Shown: positions 34,847-44,693, counted from the stretch's first letter. The stretch: 64,000 nt of DNA from Candidatus Saccharimonadales bacterium (GCA_038230395.1 JBBRNI010000005.1:834-64833); one strand, 5' to 3'. Translations and numbers: made by a program. The notes: generated by a model not told the origin, from the letters alone.

Positions 34847-36115
34847 ATGTTTGGTATGGGTAAAAATAAATCTGATAGCAATGTTCCGGGCAGTAAGCTA
34901 TCGGCTAATTTAGAAGATGACCAACTACGTTTTAAGGTTATCATCGATAACATCGAAGACGGTGTCCTAATGATTGACAAAGACCATGTTGTACGTCTAA
35001 TCAACCCTGGGGGCGCGACAATATGCGGTTGGTCTTCTGAAGAAGCGACGGGCATCGATGTTGGCAGCGTGCTGAAATTGGTTGATAGCAAAGGGGAGCC
35101 TCATAGCGACGCTGATGACCCTTTCGCCAAAGTGTTTAAAGCGGGGCTAGCGATTCGCGACAATGGCGCGTTCTTAATAAACCGTGAAAAAAAGCAGGTG
35201 CCAATCAGCCTCAACATATCGCCGCTGTTTGATAGTGATAAGCAGGTCATGGCGGCCGTGGCCGTATTTCGTGACGCCAGCGATGAACGAGCCGAGGAAC
35301 AGCAACGTGCCGACTTTATTAGTACTGCCAGTCATGAAATGCGCACCCCTGTGGCGGCGATTGAAGGATATTTATCATTGGCACTTAATGCTAAAGTCTC
35401 GACAATCGATACTAGAGCCCGTGACTACCTCGAAAAAGCCCACTCCTCAACCCAACACCTCGGACAATTATTTCAAGATCTACTTACTAGCGCCAAAGCC
35501 GAAGACGGCCGGCTGACTAGCCATCCAAGCGTAGTCGAACTAGGCGGCTTTTTGGAACAGCTTACCAATGATCTGAGATTTGTGGCAGAAAAAAAGGGCT
35601 TATTCATGGACTTTATTGTTGGCTCAAGTAACACTATTAACGCCAGTAACAACGCGGTTGGTGGTGGCAAAGTCATCCGACCGCTTTACTACGTCTATGT
35701 TGACCCTGATCGCTTGCGCGAAGTCATAACTAATCTATTTGATAACGCGGTTAAATATACCCCCGAAGGTAAAGTTTCAATTGGAATCACTGGCGATGAC
35801 GCTGTTGCCCAGTGTTATATTCGGGACACTGGCCCAGGTATTCCCGAAGTAGACGTTGGTCACTTATTTCAGAAGTTTTACCGAGTTGATAATTCTGCGA
35901 CTCGTACAATAGGTGGTACTGGCCTTGGTCTGTTCATCTGCCGTAAAATTGTCGAATTATATAACGGCCGTATCTGGGTAGAAAGCGAATTTGGCAAGGG
36001 CAGCAGCTTTTATATTAACTTCCCCAGGCTTTCAGCACAGCAGGTAAGTAGCCTCCAGAGTTCGGCAGCTGCTTCAACTGAACTACAGCCTATAAGTTCC
36101 TTGGCCGGATCCTAG
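34847..36115 (+). CDS. Soluble sensor histidine kinase (PAS + HisKA + HATPase_c)
   Basis: H-box ASHEMRTPVAAI, N-box DNAVKYT and G-box GGTGLGLFICRK, with no TM segment. ATG 34847 has a GGGGGAG Shine-Dalgarno 7 nt upstream. The track ORF starts at TTG 34817. Confidence 0.9.
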   Translation: MFGMGKNKSDSNVPGSKLSANLEDDQLRFKVIIDNIEDGVLMIDKDHVVRLINPGGATICGWSSEEATGIDVGSVLKLVDSKGEPHSDADDPFAKVFKAGLAIRDNGAFLINREKKQVPISLNISPLFDSDKQVMAAVAVFRDASDERAEEQQRADFISTASHEMRTPVAAIEGYLSLALNAKVSTIDTRARDYLEKAHSSTQHLGQLFQDLLTSAKAEDGRLTSHPSVVELGGFLEQLTNDLRFVAEKKGLFMDFIVGSSNTINASNNAVGGGKVIRPLYYVYVDPDRLREVITNLFDNAVKYTPEGKVSIGITGDDAVAQCYIRDTGPGIPEVDVGHLFQKFYRVDNSATRTIGGTGLGLFICRKIVELYNGRIWVESEFGKGSSFYINFPRLSAQQVSSLQSSAAASTELQPISSLAGS

Positions 36116-36183
36116 ATACACGCCATAAGACACGTGATACAATAAACCTAATAATCATAAGCAATACGTATAGGAACTAATCC

Positions 36184-37455
36184 ATGGCAAAAGTAATGCT
36201 CGTCGAAGATGACAATAACTTACGTGAAATTTACGAAGCTCGAATGCAAGCTGAGGGCTACGACGTCGTTTCCGCCAAAGACGGTGAAGAAGCATTAGTA
36301 GTTGCTAAAGCCGAAAAGCCAGAGCTGGTAATCTCGGATGTTATGATGCCCAAAATTAGTGGATTCGAAATGCTTGATATTTTGCGTAATACCGATGGCC
36401 TAAAAGACGTTAAGGTCATTATGCTGACAGCTCTTGGGCAAGCCGATGACCAGCAACGGGCGGACCGCCTAGGAGCTGACCGTTATTTGGTAAAATCACA
36501 GGTGACACTAGAGGATATTGTTAATGTCGCGCATCAGCTACTTGGTGATTTGCCAGATGAAGTCTCAGCTGAACCAGTCATAGCGGCTACGGCTGAACCA
36601 GTCGCAGTGGCTACGGCTGAACCAGTTGCTACTACTGTGGAGCCTCCGGTGGCAGTCGCACTTGCTCCAGCACCCGAGCCTGAGGCGACAACACCTGCTG
36701 CTGTACCAGTTGCGGCAACGCCTATTGTGGCCGACCCAGAACCAGCCTTGGATACAACTCAAGCAAGCCAAGCTCTTGTTGTTGCACCACTAGCAGCAGA
36801 CGAGTCTGTATTACCCCAAACTAGCTTTAGTGCCGTTCAGGTTGAGCCTCCTGCAACAGCTGTTGCAGCTAATCCAACGGCGGTAGCTGAGCCATCAGCA
36901 AACGATGCAGTACCTGCTAATGCTGGCGATGGCGCGCAGTCTAGTGCTCAGGAAGAAGCTGTAGTTGAAGCTCAGATAGAAGATTTTGTAAGTGGCGCGA
37001 CCAGCAATGCACCTGCGCCAGTTGTTGCTGAAGTAGCGCAGCCTAGCGCAACTGCCGAGCAGGACACTAACGCGGCGACTGACGATAAGATTATGGCTGA
37101 CGCGGTAAGCAATCTCGTGTCTAATACCACCGCAGAGCCTGTACCCATGCCTCCGGCAGCGGAGCTAGTAATCACACCCTCACCCGAGAGCGTCGTCGCC
37201 CTATCGCCAGCTGAAGAAACTGCTGCCACAGGCGCGCCGGTTCCTGATGCGAGTGTGTCAATGATTGCCGGTAAAAAAATAATCTCACCGATGTCCGATG
37301 CTGCTGCTAAGCCCAACTTGAACGACTTACTTGCTAAAGAAGAAGCTAAAGAGATTGCAGCCAAGACCACCAGTGAGGCCATTCCAGCGCCAGTCTATTC
37401 TGCGCCCCCAGTTGATACATCCAACAAGCCCGATCCAAGTAGTATATCTCTGTAA
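36184..37455 (+). CDS. Response regulator: receiver domain + ~300-aa Ala/Pro/Val/Glu-rich low-complexity tail, no recognisable output domain
   Basis: VMLVEDD...LVISDVMMP...MLTALG receiver. The tail has short tandem units (ATAEPVAVATAEPVATT). Confidence 0.85.
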   Translation: MAKVMLVEDDNNLREIYEARMQAEGYDVVSAKDGEEALVVAKAEKPELVISDVMMPKISGFEMLDILRNTDGLKDVKVIMLTALGQADDQQRADRLGADRYLVKSQVTLEDIVNVAHQLLGDLPDEVSAEPVIAATAEPVAVATAEPVATTVEPPVAVALAPAPEPEATTPAAVPVAATPIVADPEPALDTTQASQALVVAPLAADESVLPQTSFSAVQVEPPATAVAANPTAVAEPSANDAVPANAGDGAQSSAQEEAVVEAQIEDFVSGATSNAPAPVVAEVAQPSATAEQDTNAATDDKIMADAVSNLVSNTTAEPVPMPPAAELVITPSPESVVALSPAEETAATGAPVPDASVSMIAGKKIISPMSDAAAKPNLNDLLAKEEAKEIAAKTTSEAIPAPVYSAPPVDTSNKPDPSSISL

Positions 37456-37515
37456 GGTATTCCTAAGTCGTTGATGAGCTTTACAGCATGGCCAAAGCAA
37501 TTTAGACTCTAAACT

Positions 37516-38175
37516 ATGCGCATAAACAAATATATAGCCAGTGGCACTCAGCTAAGCCGCCGGGCAGCAGACGCCGCAATTGTTGAGGGCAGGATACTTA
37601 TAAACGACAAACCGGCTGATGCTGGCAGCCAAGTTGGTGACTTGGATATCGTGACACTTGACGGCCAGCCGATTTTTGCTGATAAGCAGCTTATAACCAT
37701 TATGCTCAATAAGCCCTTTGGGTATGTCGTGTCGCGTGATGGGCAGGGCAGTAAAATAATATACGATCTGTTGGCGCCACAGTATCAGCAACTCAACCCG
37801 GTTGGACGACTTGATAAAAATTCATCTGGGTTGCTACTACTTACAAATGACGGTGCGCTAGCCAACGAGCTTACTCACCCCCGTTATGCCAAAGTAAAAG
37901 TCTACGAGATTCGCCTTAACCAGCCATTAGCCCCCTTGCATCAACAAATGATTAGCGATCGCGGTTTAAGCCTTGATGATGGGCTAAGCAGATTGCAACT
38001 CGAAAAGCTTGACGACGCGGGCAATGATTGGCGTGTAACTATGACCGAAGGTCGTAATCGCCAAATTCGCCGAACTTTTAGTGCCCTCGATTATACCGTT
38101 ACAAGGCTGCATCGCACGCACTTCGGTAGCTATCAACTAGGCGACTTAGCCAAGGGCAAAATAAAAACGCTATAA
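37516..38175 (+). CDS. Pseudouridine synthase, RsuA/RluB family (S4 domain + catalytic domain)
   Basis: N-terminal S4-like RINKYIASGTQLSRRAAD and catalytic GRLDKNSSGLLLLTNDG. Confidence 0.85.
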   Translation: MRINKYIASGTQLSRRAADAAIVEGRILINDKPADAGSQVGDLDIVTLDGQPIFADKQLITIMLNKPFGYVVSRDGQGSKIIYDLLAPQYQQLNPVGRLDKNSSGLLLLTNDGALANELTHPRYAKVKVYEIRLNQPLAPLHQQMISDRGLSLDDGLSRLQLEKLDDAGNDWRVTMTEGRNRQIRRTFSALDYTVTRLHRTHFGSYQLGDLAKGKIKTL

Positions 38176-38241
38176 TAAACAGGGTCTGAAACAATAATTA
38201 TAACCTGTCAATAGTCACCCACATCTGTTACAATAGGAGTA

Positions 38242-39735
38242 ATGTCTAAAAAATTACCTATTGTAGCAATCGTCGGACGAGCCAATGTCGGCAAGTCTAG
38301 TTTGTTCAACGCGATTTTGGAGCGCCGCGAAGCAATCGTTGCCCGTGAAGCCGGCACAACTCGCGATAGCATCATGGCTAAAGCCAGCGTCTACCTAGAA
38401 GACGAATACACAGTTGACGGCGACCAAGCACGCCAAGATTTCTGGTTAGTAGATACCGCTGGCATGAAAGACGCTGAGGACGACTTTGAGTTTACGATTC
38501 AAGAGCAAATTACCCAGGCTGCTGACAGCGCTGATGTTATCTGGGTGATGGTAGAAGCGGACATTCCCATCACGGAAGACGACCGTCGGGTCGCCAAGAT
38601 GGCTCTAAAGAGTAAAAAGCCAGTCTTTTTGATCATTAATAAGATCGACAAAGCCAAAGGGGCTGACCTTAGCGGTTTTGATAGGCTTGGTATCAAGCCC
38701 ATTATTCGCACCTCTACGACTCAGCAAATTGGTATCGACGAACTTATAAACAAATTACTAGTTGTTATAGAAAAGGGAACTGAAGAGCCTGACGATAATC
38801 GCTTGCGCGTAGCGCTGCTTGGTCGTCCAAACGTCGGTAAATCACAGTTATTCAATACCCTATCAAAGAAGCAGCAGGCTATTGTCGCTGACCGCGCCGG
38901 CACCACTCGTGACATCAACCACTCTGTTATTCGCTACCTCGGTCGTGAAATAGAAATTCTCGATACCGCAGGTATACGACGCTCAGGTAAAATTGAGGTT
39001 GGTATTGAACGATTTAGCGTAATTAGGGCTATTAGCGCTATCGAACAGGCCGATGTCTGCTTCTTACTTATGGATGTTAATGAGCTACACGTTCAACTTG
39101 ACCAGAAAATTGCTGGCATGATCAAAGACGCCGGCAAGGGCCTTGTGTTGGTGGTTAGTAAATGGGACATTGCCGAGGAAAAAGATGCCTTTACGCGCGA
39201 TTCATTAGCCCCACAAATCGCCCATGATTATGATTTTGTACCTTGGGCTCCTCTGATCTTTACCTCTGCTGTCTCTGGCCAAAACGTGACTAAACTATTC
39301 GATCTAGCGCTCGAGATCGATGCGGCACGTAATACCAACGTAAGTACCCGCGAACTCAATGTATGGCTGCGACAAATGGTAGACGCCCATCCTCCGGCAG
39401 GGTTGAAGAACCGTGCGCCCAAGCTCAATTACATGGTGCAAGAAGAAAATAGCGTACCGGCCTTTAAGATCTTTGGTAGCCATACTAAGTTTCTGCATTG
39501 GAGCTACAAAAGGTACCTCGAAACACAGTTACGCCGCAAGTATGGCTTTGAAGGGACCGCGTTGCAGCTATGGTTTATCGAAAAGCACATTACTCACAAA
39601 CACGGTAACAGCCCAACCAAAGAGCCCCGCAGCAACCGTCAGCAGCGCTACAAGCCGTCTATGACCGGAAAAGATAGCAAAACCACCCGTATCCACAAAA
39701 AAGCTGCTACTAGCTTTAAAACCCCCGCCAAATAA
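38242..39735 (+). CDS. der: Ribosome-biogenesis GTPase Der (EngA) with basic C-terminal extension
   Basis: Two G domains (GRANVGKSSLFN and GRPNVGKSQLFN; DTAG in both), then a KH-like domain, then a Lys/Arg-rich tail. Confidence 0.95.
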   Translation: MSKKLPIVAIVGRANVGKSSLFNAILERREAIVAREAGTTRDSIMAKASVYLEDEYTVDGDQARQDFWLVDTAGMKDAEDDFEFTIQEQITQAADSADVIWVMVEADIPITEDDRRVAKMALKSKKPVFLIINKIDKAKGADLSGFDRLGIKPIIRTSTTQQIGIDELINKLLVVIEKGTEEPDDNRLRVALLGRPNVGKSQLFNTLSKKQQAIVADRAGTTRDINHSVIRYLGREIEILDTAGIRRSGKIEVGIERFSVIRAISAIEQADVCFLLMDVNELHVQLDQKIAGMIKDAGKGLVLVVSKWDIAEEKDAFTRDSLAPQIAHDYDFVPWAPLIFTSAVSGQNVTKLFDLALEIDAARNTNVSTRELNVWLRQMVDAHPPAGLKNRAPKLNYMVQEENSVPAFKIFGSHTKFLHWSYKRYLETQLRRKYGFEGTALQLWFIEKHITHKHGNSPTKEPRSNRQQRYKPSMTGKDSKTTRIHKKAATSFKTPAK

Positions 39736-40451
39736 TGTCACGGCTGTTCCGTCGCAAGTCACCACAACCTCAGCCTCAAGAGATAGCAGGGCAGTGGTCG
39801 TCATCTACCCCAGAAGACTCTGCGCGCGTCGTCAAAGTTCTAGAATTGCTACGGGCGAAAAACGAACGGACAGTTAAAGATATAGAGGAGCTATACGCCG
39901 CAGATTACGGTAACGGTGAATCTGCCGATATCCCCGGAGGTTACCACCAAAGAGCCGATTTGCTCATTGACCGTTTTCGGCCCCAACCAGCTGTTATATA
40001 CCACCCTGGCAGTCACCTTGACCTCGGCGTTGCAAAGCGCCACCCACATACGCGTGTCATGCATGTTGATAAAGAGCAGTGGGTAATTGATCTTATGCAA
40101 CAGGGTGGCTACGAAGCTCACGCAGCCGACCACAACCAATTCATCCCTGACACAGCTGCCGATGTCACCATTTTATTCAACGCCGGACGCATACCAAATG
40201 ACCAACTTCTTAAAGTCACGCAGCATGATGGATTAGTAGTCGTCAACAACTATCATTACGCCGCCACATACATGGCACTCTATTGTCCAGATTTTAAACT
40301 GGTGGGCGCCATCGAGCCCGATGACCCACTCACAATTCTGAGTGACTTCGACATGAGTCGGCTAGGCGTCATACCAGCACCAAATGAAATCGTTTGGCCT
40401 GCGTACGCTGACACCATCTTTGCATTTCAACGCCAAGCTAGCGCCCAGTAG
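39735..40451 (+). CDS. Hypothetical protein
   Basis: 238-aa ORF starting at the der stop codon. No motif recognised. Confidence 0.5.
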   Translation: MSRLFRRKSPQPQPQEIAGQWSSSTPEDSARVVKVLELLRAKNERTVKDIEELYAADYGNGESADIPGGYHQRADLLIDRFRPQPAVIYHPGSHLDLGVAKRHPHTRVMHVDKEQWVIDLMQQGGYEAHAADHNQFIPDTAADVTILFNAGRIPNDQLLKVTQHDGLVVVNNYHYAATYMALYCPDFKLVGAIEPDDPLTILSDFDMSRLGVIPAPNEIVWPAYADTIFAFQRQASAQ

Positions 40452-40466
40452 TTTATACTTGTAGAT

Positions 40467-41108
40467 ATGGGACTTTTCCAACAGCGGCCGCAAACATCTG
40501 ACCCCATCAACTATGTGACAATTGGCATGAACAAGACGATGCTCATAGTCGGGCTCGGTAACATCGGCGCCGAATACAATGGCACCCGCCACAATATCGG
40601 TTTTGCCTGCGTCGACAATTTCGTGCGTGCCAACACTCTCGATGCATGGATCCTCAAAAAAGACCTAAAATGCCATCTCAGTACCGGCCGCATCGGTGAG
40701 GTTCGAATCTATGCAATAAAACCAACGACCTTTATGAACCTTAGCGGGGAAGCCGTGCAGGCTGTAGCTGCTTTTTATAAAATTCCACCAGAGCATATCG
40801 TTGTTCTACACGATGAACTCGACATTGATTTTGGCGGGATCCGTATGCGAGTAGGTGGCAGTGCTGCCGGGCACAATGGTATAAAATCTATTTCTCAACA
40901 GCTTGGCGTAGAAGAGTACGGACGCGTGCGTATTGGCATCGGGCCCAAACACCCAGCTCGAATTCCCAGCGAAAAATTCGTTCTGCAAGCATTCTCCGTT
41001 GATGAGCAAGCCCAGATCAAAAATCTTGCCCAAGAAGTCAACGCCATCCTATCTGAATACACCTACAGCGGAGCATTGCCGAACGAAACCCGGAATTTCC
41101 TAGTTTAG
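40467..41108 (+). CDS. pth: Peptidyl-tRNA hydrolase
   Basis: LIVGLGNIGAEYNGTRHNIGF and HDELD...GGHNG motifs. The start may be the internal Met at 40527. Confidence 0.9.
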   Translation: MGLFQQRPQTSDPINYVTIGMNKTMLIVGLGNIGAEYNGTRHNIGFACVDNFVRANTLDAWILKKDLKCHLSTGRIGEVRIYAIKPTTFMNLSGEAVQAVAAFYKIPPEHIVVLHDELDIDFGGIRMRVGGSAAGHNGIKSISQQLGVEEYGRVRIGIGPKHPARIPSEKFVLQAFSVDEQAQIKNLAQEVNAILSEYTYSGALPNETRNFLV

Positions 41109-41125
41109 TAAGCACTAAAAAAGGC

Positions 41126-41154
41126 CGATGAGAGGGGGTGGGCACCGCTCATCG
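41126..41154 (+). terminator. Candidate intrinsic terminator after pth
   Basis: Stem CGATGAG (41126..41132) / CTCATCG (41148..41154) with a 15-nt loop. An A-run lies upstream and TATTTTA downstream. Confidence 0.4.
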
Positions 41155-41692
41155 ACCTATTTTAGTGCAGAAGCCCATCTTGGGAGACGAACTTCTGCGT
41201 AACATCCCTTCAACCCACCCCAGCGAAGCATCATTGTCTAAAATTAATGACATGTGCCGATTGCCCCGAAGGACACTCACCATTTAGGCTCACTTTGAAT
41301 TGGGGACCTCTGACTTTCGCGTGAAGCGAATGGGAGGGATCTGTTAAAGGGGTTAGTATGCTTTAGAACGTTGTCCGCTCAGGGGCGGATAGCTAGAGAA
41401 AGTGGAGGGTAACAACTTGGCCTTAGCACGCTCTAAAACAATCTAACAAATTGTTAGAATTGGGTATAAAAGGTACAAGAATCACCACGACTAATAGTTA
41501 TAGGATTCACAACTTGCTATTTTAGCAAAAGAGTGTCTTTATGTCAATACTAAAAAATGTTTGCATAACTATTACAAGAGGCTAATGCTTAATATGTACA
41601 ACCAAAATCAATTGTTAAATAGAGCTTAAATTACGTGCAAACTTGTTGCAGCTTCACTACACTGACCGATATTTTAACTTCTAAGTAATGTC

Positions 41693-41903
41693 GAATTCTG
41701 AATCTCGAGATATGGCATACACAAAAAATAAGCTTCGCCCAAGCGTGTGTAGTCATAGAGCTTGATACCTTACCCATCCATTGCAGGAAAACGATTTATG
41801 AGCTCCCAAATTAAAGTTACGGCTTTGCTGAAAGCTTTCTCGCGAAAAGAGGTTGGGGTAGTGTTCTACTTTTGGAGATGATATATCTCGAGATTCAAAA
41901 TTC
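41693..41903. repeat. 21-bp inverted repeat pair (20/21) enclosing 169 bp of AT-rich DNA
   Basis: GAATTCTGAATCTCGAGATAT at 41693..41713 versus ATATCTCGAGATTCAAAATTC at 41883..41903. Confidence 0.8.
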
Positions 41904-42101
41904 TGGAATGCTAAGGTGTCATAAATTTATGGAGTCTTAAAAGTTGATTGAAATATTAACTTCAGAAATCCAACAGGTGCAAGGCGCTCCATGTAGTACA
42001 AGGCAGACCAGCAGCTTATACAATAGAAAAATGAGTTGCAGCTGGCTAGCAAATACATGTCATAGAGAAGCCCGACTGTTAGCCATGGTAGACTTATAAT
42101 T

Positions 42102-42275
42102 ATGAAGCTTATGATTATGCTTGGCGTGACCGTTTTTGGTACAATTGGTGGCTGGATTGGCGCCGCGATGACCCATGGTAACTGGTTTAGTGGCTGGAGC
42201 ATTTTGTTGGGTGGCGCCGGTTCGCTAGTTGGCATCTGGGCAGGCTACAAAGCAGGCCAGTATCTAGGCCAGTAA
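42102..42275 (+). CDS. Small (57-aa) Gly-rich two-helix membrane protein
   Basis: Own translation gives MKLMIMLGVTVFGTIGGWIGAAMTHGNWFSGWSILLGGAGSLVGIWAGYKAGQYLGQ. It is below the track size cutoff. The 102-aa minus-strand ORF 41927..42235 is probably its antisense shadow. Confidence 0.5.
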   Translation: MKLMIMLGVTVFGTIGGWIGAAMTHGNWFSGWSILLGGAGSLVGIWAGYKAGQYLGQ

Positions 42276-42338
42276 ACACCGGCTATTCTTATATATAAGT
42301 TGCATTATGTGGGCAAATGCGGTTACATGAAGTACGTT

Positions 42339-44693
42339 ATGCCCAAAAACCTAGTTATCGTAGAGAGCCCAGCCAAAGCCAAAACCATTGAAAAATTTCT
42401 TGGTCCTGACTACGTTGTTAAGTCCAGTTTCGGACATATTCGCGACCTGCCTAAAAAGGGTCTCAACATCGATATAGAGAACAATTTTGAGCCACACTAC
42501 GAAGTTAGCGCTGACAAAAAGAAAGTTGTTGCCGAGCTCAAAAAGCTCGCCAAAGGAGCTGAAGTCTGGTTAGCATCCGATGAAGACCGTGAAGGGGAGG
42601 CGATTGCCTGGCATCTAGCCCACGCCCTCAAGCTTGATCCTGCCAAAACGAAGCGTATTGTCTTCCACGAGATTACTAAAACCGCAATTGAAGCTGCTAT
42701 CAAGAATCCTCGAACCGTCAATCTCGAATTAGTAGACGCCCAACAGGCGCGCCGTATACTTGACCGTCTAGTGGGCTACGAACTGAGCCCAGTTCTCTGG
42801 AAAAAGGTGCGCACGGGTCTGAGCGCTGGTCGCGTTCAGTCAGTCGCAGTTCGGTTGATCGTAGAGCGTGAGCGCGAAATCCGCGAATTCTCAGCTGCTA
42901 GTAGTTACAAAATTACTGCAATTTTTAAGACTAATCGAGCTGATTTACCTGCTGAACTTAGCGTCAAACTTAAATCCGCTGAAGAAGCCACAGAATGGCT
43001 TGAAAGTATCGTTGACGCAAGTTATCAAATCTCGGATATCGCGACTAAGCCCAGTACTAGAAGCCCGGGTGCGCCGTTCACTACTAGTACGCTTCAGCAA
43101 GAGGCCAGCCGCCGCTTAGGCTATAGTGTTCGGCAAACAATGACTCTTGCCCAGCGCCTATACGAATCTGGTGCTATCACTTATATGCGTACCGACAGCA
43201 CAATCCTGTCAAACTTAGCCCTAAATGCAGCAGACAAATATATTACCTCAAATTTTGGTAATGAATACCACAAACAACGTCAATTCAAAACCAAGAACAG
43301 TAGCGCACAAGAAGCCCACGAGGCCATACGTCCAACTGAATTCCGCACACTAGAAGCTGGCGGGGACGATGCCCAAATCAAGCTTTACAAACTGATCTGG
43401 CAACGCGCTGTCGCCAGCCAAATGACAGAAGCTAAGCTCGAGCGCACCGAAGTTAGCATCGACATATCTGGCAAAAAAGAAGTGTTTGTGGCCAAAGGTG
43501 AAGTATTGCAATTTGATGGTTTCATGAAAGTTTACGGCGGAGGCAAAGACGATACGCTACTGCCAGCGGTAGCTATTGGCGATAAACCAACGCGTGACAG
43601 TGCCACCGCAACCGAAACATTTAGCAGGGCACCCGCGCGTTACAGCGAGGCGGCACTAGTAAAGAAGCTCGAAGAGCTCGGTATTGGTCGACCGTCTACC
43701 TACGCTCCAACAATTACCACCGTTCAAACACGTGGATACGTCGAAAAGACTGACCTAGAGGGCGCTGAGCGTGATGTAACCGTTATTAGCCTGATTGCAC
43801 AAGCAGTATCAAAAGAGACAACTAAGACCCCGTATGGCGCCGACAGGAACAAGCTAGTGCCAACACCAATTGCCGAAATAGTCACTGACTTCCTGGTCAA
43901 ATATTTCCCAAGTATCGTTGATTATGACTTTACAGCCAAAGTCGAAGCCGACTTTGATAATATCGCCGATGGTAAACAACAATGGTCAAGTATGATTAGT
44001 GACTTCTATAAAGGCTTCCATCCGCTTGTCGAGAATTCAGCTGACATCTCTCGCTCAGAAGTGTCTCAGGCCCGAGATATTGGCAAGGATCCGAAGACTG
44101 GCGACACAATTTACGCTCGATTTGGCCGCTACGGTCCTATGCTTCAAAAGGGTGAAACAGATAACGAAGAGGTTAAGCCCGCTTTTGCCCCAATGCCAAC
44201 TGGCGCTACTATCGATACAGTTACGCTCGATCAAGCTCTTGAAATGTTTAAGTTACCTCGCATGGTTGGCCAAACACCAGAGGGCGAAGATATTAAAGCT
44301 AACATCGGTCGTTTTGGCCCATACGTGCAAGTTGGCAAGGTTTTTGTATCTATAAAGCCTCTCGATCCCCGCACTGTCACTCTAGAAGAAGCCCTCGAGA
44401 AATACGCCGAAAAACTTACCAAAGACGCCGCCAAAAACATTGCTGGATTTTCATCCGGCATCAAAATACTCAATGGTCCATATGGTCCTTACATCACTGA
44501 CGGCAAGAAGAATGCCCGAATCGCCAAGGATGTTGATCCACTGAGCATTACCGAAGCTGAAGCCAAGAAAATGATCAAAGAAGCCCCTACCAAAGGCAAG
44601 GGCAAGCGCTTCACCAAGCGCGCCCCAGGCGCCAAGACCGCTCGCACAGTCAAAGCCGGCACCACCAAGCGCAAAGCCCCTGCAAAGAAGTAA
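42339..44693 (+). CDS. topA: DNA topoisomerase I
   Basis: TOPRIM LVIVESPAKAKTIEKFLG and DEDREGEAIAWH. Active-site Tyr context ITYMRTDS. Lys-rich C-terminal tail. The start is taken at MPKNL, Met14 of the track ORF. Confidence 0.95.
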   Translation: MPKNLVIVESPAKAKTIEKFLGPDYVVKSSFGHIRDLPKKGLNIDIENNFEPHYEVSADKKKVVAELKKLAKGAEVWLASDEDREGEAIAWHLAHALKLDPAKTKRIVFHEITKTAIEAAIKNPRTVNLELVDAQQARRILDRLVGYELSPVLWKKVRTGLSAGRVQSVAVRLIVEREREIREFSAASSYKITAIFKTNRADLPAELSVKLKSAEEATEWLESIVDASYQISDIATKPSTRSPGAPFTTSTLQQEASRRLGYSVRQTMTLAQRLYESGAITYMRTDSTILSNLALNAADKYITSNFGNEYHKQRQFKTKNSSAQEAHEAIRPTEFRTLEAGGDDAQIKLYKLIWQRAVASQMTEAKLERTEVSIDISGKKEVFVAKGEVLQFDGFMKVYGGGKDDTLLPAVAIGDKPTRDSATATETFSRAPARYSEAALVKKLEELGIGRPSTYAPTITTVQTRGYVEKTDLEGAERDVTVISLIAQAVSKETTKTPYGADRNKLVPTPIAEIVTDFLVKYFPSIVDYDFTAKVEADFDNIADGKQQWSSMISDFYKGFHPLVENSADISRSEVSQARDIGKDPKTGDTIYARFGRYGPMLQKGETDNEEVKPAFAPMPTGATIDTVTLDQALEMFKLPRMVGQTPEGEDIKANIGRFGPYVQVGKVFVSIKPLDPRTVTLEEALEKYAEKLTKDAAKNIAGFSSGIKILNGPYGPYITDGKKNARIAKDVDPLSITEAEAKKMIKEAPTKGKGKRFTKRAPGAKTARTVKAGTTKRKAPAKK

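Noticed and set aside
41160-41450. Possible tmRNA, RNase P RNA or SRP RNA
   Set aside because: I looked on both strands for a tRNA-like CCACCA end with a GGGG 5' end, GAGGAAAGTCCGGGC / ACAGAA..GGCTTA P4 elements, and the SRP GGAA-tetraloop helix. No convincing match was found. The region is kept only as an unassigned structured-RNA candidate.
41927-42235. 102-aa minus-strand ORF
   Set aside because: A 57-aa plus-strand ORF (42102..42275) with a convincing two-helix Gly-rich membrane-protein sequence occupies the same DNA. The minus ORF reads like its antisense shadow (Pro/Ile-rich, no start context).
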